Below are positions 50,201 through 59,200 of a stretch of DNA of 64,000 nt, one piece after another. Each line of letters begins with the position of its first letter. The stretch's first letter is position 1. The stretch lies in the NCBI GenBank assembly GCA_024137785.1, contig JAHRHZ010000289.1, positions 15,681,146 to 15,745,145 on the forward strand, given 5' to 3'. A program made the position numbers and the translations under genes. The stretch is from Ginglymostoma cirratum (taxonomy: Eukaryota). The notes under the pieces are model-generated. The model was not told where the DNA came from. It was given only the letters and a program-made list of their open reading frames with translations, and searched no databases.

Positions 50201-53200
50201 CATGAAACTGTGCCAATCTTTTCATTTCTGTAAACTTTGCATAAAAATGAGATGACATTTTTATGCAATGTATTGGCAAATGATGCATTGTTGTTTGCAC
50301 AGTCAAACAAAAAAGATCTATCAAATGCTTTTGTATGACCCTGGTGTCTGTCTTAAAAGTTTGCGCTAATATTTTTATAATGCAGAACATTTCCATGTTT
50401 GATTTAAATTTTTTTTAAAAAGCTAGAAATTTGCTAACTTCCGGTCAGGCCATACAATGATGGCATTAAGTTTTAAACCCATATAAACAGGCAATTAGTG
50501 TCTTTGTCTTCGAGCAAATATTTTAAAACAAAAAGAACATTTTTTCAGGCAATTGAATTTTGTCAGTTCTTTTGCTTTTCTTGTGTTAGCAAATAATAAA
50601 ATGTAACAGAATAATTCCAACTTGAGTTTAGAAGTTTGAAGGTTCCTTTCTGCTTGAACATCCTAGATCAGTAAATTTCTAATGTGCCTGCATTTCTATG
50701 AATTTTAAAGAATTGCAAGTGGAAGATTGAAGCTTCAGTATATTTTTTTCAGTTGCCTTCTATAATATAATTGGCCTTTTGAGACTGTTGTCATACAAGA
50801 CATACCTGCTTGTGCTGGTGGACTCATTCTTCAGGCTTATCTCAATTTTAAACACAAAAATTGCTGCACAGTATGTGCACGGATACTCTTCAGCGATGAA
50901 GTCTTAAAAATATATTCAGCTTTTATTATTGACTGAAGTTTCTCATTTTAAAATTGTTTTTGGCATATTTAATCAATTTTCTGTCCATTTTTTGGGAAGA
51001 TGATACTTTTTGGATGATAGGATTACTCTGCTGCTTTTTCCCCCAAGTGGCAATTTTCTTTGAACGTAACAATCAACTTGCATTTCAATTTGTGCTTTTT
51101 AGTGTAGTTAAATTTCCCAAGGTGCTTCACAGGAGCATTATGAAACAAAATTTGACAGTCACATAAGGAAATATTAGGACAGTTGATCTAAAGCTTTAAA
51201 GCAATATGTTTTAACGAATGCCTTAAGGTTGGAGAGGCAGAGATGGTTGGGGAAGGAACTTCAGAGCCAAGACAGCTTAAGGACTGGTTTGCCAATAGTG
51301 GAGTAACTAAAATCAATAGTATCCAAGAGGCTGGAATTGTAGGGCTGTATAGGTTGCTGAGATACAAACTAGTGAGGCCTTAAGAAGAATCTTGGGTTGT
51401 GTAGGCACAAAGGTAAAAGGAAACAGATGTGAGTTAGGTCAGGATGAAGGTAGAAGTATCAATATGCTTATGCTCAAAGATGATCTTCACTTTATCCCTG
51501 CCTGATGTTCATATATGTATACTTGATAACAAGGGTCACTGATGATTAGGAAGGCTACTTTATGCACATTTTTTCCCTCTATCAGACCTGGTCATGAGAT
51601 AATGTATAATGTTCCTGCTGCCCCAGTTGAGATCAACCAACACTTTTTTTTTTTTAAAAATTAAGCCTGATATACTTATTTGTTTCGAATTAGAACAGAT
51701 GTTATTGCATGAAACTGTGGAACATCAAAGGAAATTTACTGGTCTTGAAGTAGTCTTTTGTGATAATTTAATTCATTGACAAATATTTACATATTTGTAC
51801 CACATTATCTTCTCTTTCCATTTGGCACCAGCATATGGAGAATACTGATAAATGATTATATCCAAAATATATCCATGATTTCTATTGTGCAACTTTTAAA
51901 ATGAAATCTAGAAAAGAATATTTTTCCAGATCATTACGTAAATAGAAATGTTATTTTGATGGATAATTGTAACTTATCCAATGGTTAATGTGATTTACCA
52001 GTTCGAATAAATCAAAATTAAATGGAAATTGGGAAGTTTAAAATTTGTCATTGGCACAGGTTTCTTCAGGTAACAACTTTTAGTTACATTGGATTTCTAG
52101 TATTGGACATTAAATGTGCTTCAGAAAATTTGAATTCCTACTAATGCAATATTTGGCAGCTTTTTACCTTCTCCTGTAAGCCAAGATCAGTTTGATTCAG
52201 TTAACTGTTACTACTGGAAATTCTAAGCTTATATAGATGTAGCATTCAAACATCAGAATGAATAATCATTTAAAATGAAATTAATACTTTTTTTAAGAAG
52301 TCTTAATGTTGCAGTCATTTTCCTTTTTTTTGCATTTTTCCCCTAAACCCAAGCTTAACATTTTCTAGAAATACCATGATGAAGACTGTTTAATGTTTTT
52401 CCTTTTCCTCTTGCACTGAGACAAAAATCATGGCAAATAATTTCAGATACCTTGCAAAACTGATATCTGGAATGCAAATACTTCATTAGATTGAACAAAG
52501 CAAATATAGAATAGTTTATGTTCAGTGCTAGACTGAATAAAAGCCACAAAGTGGTGAAAAGTTTACACTGGTTTCACATGGGTAAGTAATTTTTGCATGG
52601 CATTTTTTTCAAACATTTTTCGTGTGCTTAGGTACATCCAAGCAGAAGTCCAGTCCCCTGCAGGTAGCGGAACAGGATGTCCAGCCCTTCCACGAATACC
52701 AGCCTTTAGAATGCATTGTGGAAGAGACGGAAGGCAAGCTGACAGAGCTGGGACAAAGAATTAACGCAATTGAGAAGGCACAATTGAAGTCACTAGAGTT
52801 GATTCAGGGAGACACTTTAACCAAAGACAAAATAGAAGAACTTAAAAAAAGCAGAGAAGAGCAAGTCCAGAAGAAGAAAAAGATTTTGAAAGAACTGCAA
52901 AAAGTTGAAAGGGAATTGCAGCTGAAAACTCAGCAGCAGTTTACCAAAGAGTACTTGGAAGCCAAGGGTCAACAGCAGACACTTCAGCTCCAGCAACAAC
53001 AGCAGCAATGTCCACATGGAGGACTGTTCCCTCAGGTGGGGACTGGTGACTGTCTGCCGGAGGAAGACTTTTCAAAGTTGCCTCAGGTGGACACCATCTT
53101 GCACAGAGATGGCCAGCAGCAGCCACCTGCAACCCAAATGGGGTTTGTTCCTATCCAACCTTTAGCAACACAAGTGTCTCCAAACTTTACTAGTTCTGTT

Positions 53201-56200
53201 TATCCTATCACTAATGTACCTGATCTACAGCGAGTAATTGTGAACCAGCCTTTGTTAGGACAGGCACAACTTGCTGGACTTGGACAGGGACTCTTAGCTC
53301 AAGCACCTGATGGATTAATGGTTGCAACTCCAGCGCAGACGCTAACTGACACTCTTGATGACATCATGGCAGGTGGGTTCAGAATTGGTCAACTTTACCT
53401 TTTTACCTTTGCTCACACCTACTAGCTTTTAGGTACAAATGGACTTTTTGTTAGATCCATTGAGACACAATTATAGATTTAACAGTACACTAATGCTTTA
53501 ATCAAATTATTGTAATAGCAAGGCTGTATAAACCAGCTGACTAATACCTTTCAAATTAGTTTTTGATTTTTGAAATATATACGCTGAAAGTGCAGGGGAA
53601 ACAATCATCTGAAAGAGAAAGTAAGACTAATGTTTTGACTGATTCTTGTCCATAATTGAATCGCCCTAGTGAAGACAATACTTTTCTCGTTGACTTCTTT
53701 TTCTGTCAGATGCTTGTTTACTTGGTGTGCATTTCTAGCAAATTTTTTACTTCGGATTTCCAGTTTTCATAAGTTTCACAATTTTCAAAATAATTCTTCG
53801 TAATTTTATTGATGCATGGTCTCACTCTTAAAATAAAAAATAAAATGGGCTTGCAGTTAAAGGATAAACACATTTAAAAATGTTTGAAAATCATGCTTTA
53901 GCTTGAAAACATAATCAGGACTTTTGTTGCTCAAAGTTGACATGTTTTGCCATTCAGATGGGTTAATTCACAGGCCAGAATCTCAATTTTGACATTAGTT
54001 CTGCCCTTAACCTTTTTTGTAGATAAAAATGACAGACTAGTTATAAATTATAAACTTTGTCATGCAGTAGTTTAAACCACATCAAGCTGAAACAAAGGTG
54101 ACTTTCGTAGTTTTATCCTGCATTTATCACTGCAGAGCCAGTGCCATTCGGAGTGATGTGAAAAATCAGAACAAGTCCGGATCCACCTAAGGTTAAGGAA
54201 CCACTTCTACGTGATTATTTCGTACCTATGGTTTGCACCACCTGCAGCCTGATTGCCACAGTGCAAAAAATAACAATAATAAGTGATGACAATAATAAAA
54301 ATAATTTCCAAAAAAATTTAAGCCAACCACTCTGTTTTACATTTTAATGAAATAGCTGCTGCAAATCGTTATCCTTTCCTTTATAATAAAGTGAACAGTG
54401 AAGTTCTTTTACACCAATTGTGGAGACAAAAGTTTAGTTTAACTGCAGTCCTTCCAGTAAAAGTTCAAATTCAAAAATGATTTTTATGTATCAAAAAACC
54501 AAAACTGACCCTCCTATTTCACATTCCAGCTGTGTTTCAATGGTTTTTGTAATATATTGCCATTTTCCAATCAAAATGCTTTGTTCTTCAGAGTATAATC
54601 CAAAGTGAATTGATTTGAACTCTACTTCACAAGTATCCCTGTCTCATAGAAAACTGTTTAATTTTCTCAAATGGGCATAACATCAAATGTTTAATCGTGC
54701 ATCAGCCTGATCTTAGCCTTTTCTTGGGAATTTAAATTTGTTTGTCATCTGAGAATATCTTGTTTGAAAATGACAATGGAGCTGTTTTGTCTATTGTGGT
54801 GAATACTTGCAGTATTTAAGGTGTTGAATTATTTATTGGTGGAAATGTCAAAGGTAGTCTGTTGTTTTAGTGATGGTTTGTAAATGCCATGATAAATCTA
54901 ATATTAATGAAATTGTGCAGCAACAAGAGGATTGAAACAAAAGTTAATTGTGATGTTATTACAATTATAGATCCCATCTTTGAAGTATGCTGTTAATTTG
55001 AAGTGGTTAAAAAGAATGTAATGGAAATGAGTTGTCATAGTGGTGCACTTCATCTTGCAATTTCAAAATTGTGGTTCTCTGCTTGATTTTATTTCATATT
55101 TAGTGAAGTCTTTAAATTAGCTTGAGGTTTAAAATCTGACTTTGCAATTCCAAATGGTAAATTGACATTTTTGACAAACTAGTTTAGTTTTCATGACTGT
55201 GATTTGTTTTCCATATTCAGTCGGATTTTCGCTTCATAGAGCATATAATTGAATTCTTATCTTAATGAATTTCTTAGTGAGCTGTTGGTAGATGTTTGCA
55301 TTTTAAAGCTATGCCGTTACTGCAGTGGTAAATTGCAATAGTGGCATCTAGTGGTAGTGTTATGATACCCTAATACTAAATTGGAAATTGCTACAAACAA
55401 AATCCCTTCCACAGCAAATCTTAAAACACAGCCAGACACGTGAACAAAACTTTGACTTTGGATTTTTTCACTTGTAATTTTAACTAACTTCTTTTGCATG
55501 CTAAATGTATTGTGAATCCATTAATTTGGACTCTGAAGTTGTCAGGTGGTGGGTTATCAGTTTTAAAAATATTCGTTCTTTGAAATAAAACTTTTTTGAC
55601 TTTAAAATAAAACTGAATTATGCTATATACAAATATTGGAATGAATAGCTGTTACATTTTAACAATTAACTTCTTGCCCAAAAAGTGGCAACATTCTCAC
55701 TTGAAAATATTTGTTCTCTTGATTACCCCATGTTGCCCGTTATTTGCAACTGAGATTTGAAGCCAGCAACTAAAGTTCGTTAAGGATTCTGGGTGGGTGG
55801 AACAGAAAGGAGAATGCTGTCATTGTGTGTTTCTTTTTTTATTGTTCTGATTACCGACAGAACTGAATTCATCTTATCATTGAAATCAACAGTTGGCATT
55901 TGAAAGTTTCTGGAAAGCCTCCCTGTATTCTCCAATAGTTCTGTTCCTTAGCTTTGACATTGGAAGAGCGCTCACTACTTGACCAGTGTGATGCTTCCAG
56001 TGCCACTGATCCAGTAGTTTTGAAGTGAGATTGCTGAATTTAGGGGTAGTTTTGTGCTATGGTTCATGTTGACTCAGTCTGAGCAGAATCAATTCAGGAT
56101 AATTTCACTCAGGAGTATTAATATGAACTGCCAGAAGAGCTTTTCTACCTATCAGTCTTCAGCTGGTCCTGTTTTAAAGCTTGAAAGCCTAAGGTTTTGA

Positions 56201-59200
56201 TCGCTCTACTATTCTCGTATTTGCCTAAATCATTACTATTCAAGGGGTAAAACTGGGGCCCAGATGTGCAAATACTACAAGAACCTGATGCTGTGCTAAA
56301 ATGTTTATGGTTTTAAAATCTTTGATACATTTTAACCACTTTTTGTCAATCACTGAATCTGTCAATTTGCCCAGTCCTCTAAAATGACCTGTTGTTTTTA
56401 CAGCAGCGACTTTGCCCAGAAACTGAAATTAAATTTGCTAGTATACTGCCACTTGGTTGATATGTATTTTGCTAGAAAATGCATGTTTGAGTATTATCTG
56501 AGAACAGGATGCTTAGGCGTGATCATCCCTTCCCTACACACTTTGAGAAAGTCATTTGTGTATTCTGCTCTGTCTTGTGTACGAAGAATGGTCATTTGAT
56601 TGAAAACTGAGTATTTAAAATACATGAATTGGTAGATGACATCCAAAATGGGAAGGACACTGCAGAATGGTTCAGAATAAGAGTCACTCAACAAATGTCT
56701 GTTGTACGACCAATACAAGAATAATACTTAACTGTTTTAACAAGCAGCAGTTTAGTAGGGACCCTTTTAGGTGAACAGCCTTTTTGTTGTGCTGGTAGGT
56801 GACTTTGCAACAATGTAAATGCACCTCTGGTTGTATACTCTCCTAAATCAGAGAAGGCAATATCCATTCTCCAAAGGAAAGTATCTTAAATATATTTAAG
56901 TGTATTGTGACTGAAATAACATGCTACTGAAATGACATTTCAAAGCACCAGGCAAGCAGAATCTTAATCAGTTTTTAACCCTGCAATTCTAGAGGCCTAG
57001 GGCTTGTGGGGCCCAAGTTGAAAATCATCTTCCTGCCACTTGGCTGGCACATTAATTTTTTTCACCCCAGTTGCAATTTTTTTTCTGTCCTGGTCAATAC
57101 TTATCTCAAATCACACCAAAACAGAATCTGTGGCTGCATGTTATTATTTGTAGGAGAACTTGTGTAAATTGGTTAAAAACAACAAATGCTGGAGATCACT
57201 GCGGGTCAGGCAGCATCCATGGAGACACAGCAAGCTAACGTCTAGATCATTCTTCACCTTGTGTGAATTGGCTGTTGTGTAGCATTTTCTAACAGTAACT
57301 AAGCTGCAAAAACATCACTGTGCTTCAAGATTTATACTCTAAAATTAGTCTTTTATGGAAAGCTGAGAGTGTAATGCAGTTCTTTAACTTGCAAATGAGC
57401 TTTCTTTTTAACTTCTATGCTACACATTTATAGATCTTTTATTAATGAGATTCTTGCCATCAATAGCCTTTTTGGAGAAGATGATTAAGATTTTTCCAGT
57501 TTATAATGATATGCACTTTAAACATAAATTCTGCTATCAGCAGCAATTGTTAAAATAAATATTTTGAGATTCTTTCTGTGCTACTTAGGCTGACAACACT
57601 ACAGAAGAACATGTACATATGGGATTCAAAGCATTTAATTCTGAAAAGCACTGGGAAATATTTTTGAACTTTTTTGTAACCAGACTTTATCCATGGTTTG
57701 TGAATGCCAACTCATTCATTTCCAATTGCACTATCTATGTTTTATAAATAAATCTTGGTCTTTCAACCACTTTTGTTGGCCAGTAGTTAATTGCCCAGTG
57801 TGAGGATATTTGCACCAGGCCAGCAGGGCAAGTTGAAATTTTTTTGGCCAAAGAAGCTTCGTTTGTTTATCCATTTCTTATAGCTTTTTCCCCACTACCC
57901 CATATCAATTGGGATCAACCTAGGGAGCACTGTCTCGGGGTTATGGATGATCAGCCTTGCATGACAATGACTACAAATGTACGGTAAATGGGAGAATTCT
58001 ACAACTTCAACTTGAATTCTGGGGATTTGAATTCACCTGATGCGGCAGCATTGGACAGTGTCAGTATTCCTTGAACGAGTGTTGAAGTAAGAATCTCCTT
58101 TTCATCTCTTGCAACTCATCAAACTCCTAGTAGTGTATTCTGCCCCGTCCGTTGGGTGAATACCTTTGCCCATCTTTACTACAATTGTGCATTACCTTAC
58201 ACTTGTCTATATTGATCTTCTCTGCTCTTGATCGTGTCTGGCATTGAGTTCTTTGTAACACCTCAGCTGCTTCCTTGCTTGGTGTCATCCGCATTTTTAA
58301 CTATTATAATTTAGTCGCTAGTACAGGGAACATGAGGGTTCCTGCTCCCAGCTATGGTGTACAGTACTTTCCTACTCAATCTGTTCCCTTTTATAACTTC
58401 AGTTCAGCTATCTCAAAACTTGTAGTGTATTCAGTGGCTTAATTTGTACAAGTGTCTCTTATATTGTACTCTATTGTAGACCTTTTGAAGTCCAGCAACT
58501 CTGTTATATGCTTTGTCTTGTTTCACCTCCCCCATAGCTAGCTGGGCAAGTTTATATTCTGCAAAACAGTTAGCTGAGAAAGCTTGGTCTCAAGATTACT
58601 TCTCGCTTTGTGCTAAATTTGCTGAGATTAGCAATTCTAATAATTTGTATGATATGAGGCATGAACCAACCAGAATACTAAATCCTAACTCTTGGTACCT
58701 TTTGTCATGAAAATGCATACTCAGCTGTAAAGCTCTGCATGATCAGATGGCCATGATAGAGCATGTTAGTCTGGATAACATGATAAGAAAGACTTAGCTA
58801 CATCCAGTTGAAGCAAAGGACTTCGGAATGTGGAACATTTCTTTTGATAGGAGAAACTTGACTGACTTTGAATTAGTTACAAAGTGTATTGCCATGTAGA
58901 CATATACATCAGCCAACTTACAGAACAAAAGAACTCTCCTGCAGTAAATAAAGTGAAATGCCAGTTGCTTTTAGTTTAAGGGCAGGATTACTAGCCAGTA
59001 ATGCAGTTTCCTACAGGAAGTTGAGTAAGTTTAGCGTCTCATTTAAAAGGTTGCATTTCCGACATCTGTAGCTCTTTAGTGCCTGAGTGACTTGGTACCT
59101 AGATTATCTGCTAATCACCCTGGAGCATGTGAACCTGTAATCTTGCGTCAAGAGCGTTATTAACTGAGCTGAAGTGAATCACGTAGTAGTTTGTGTTACT

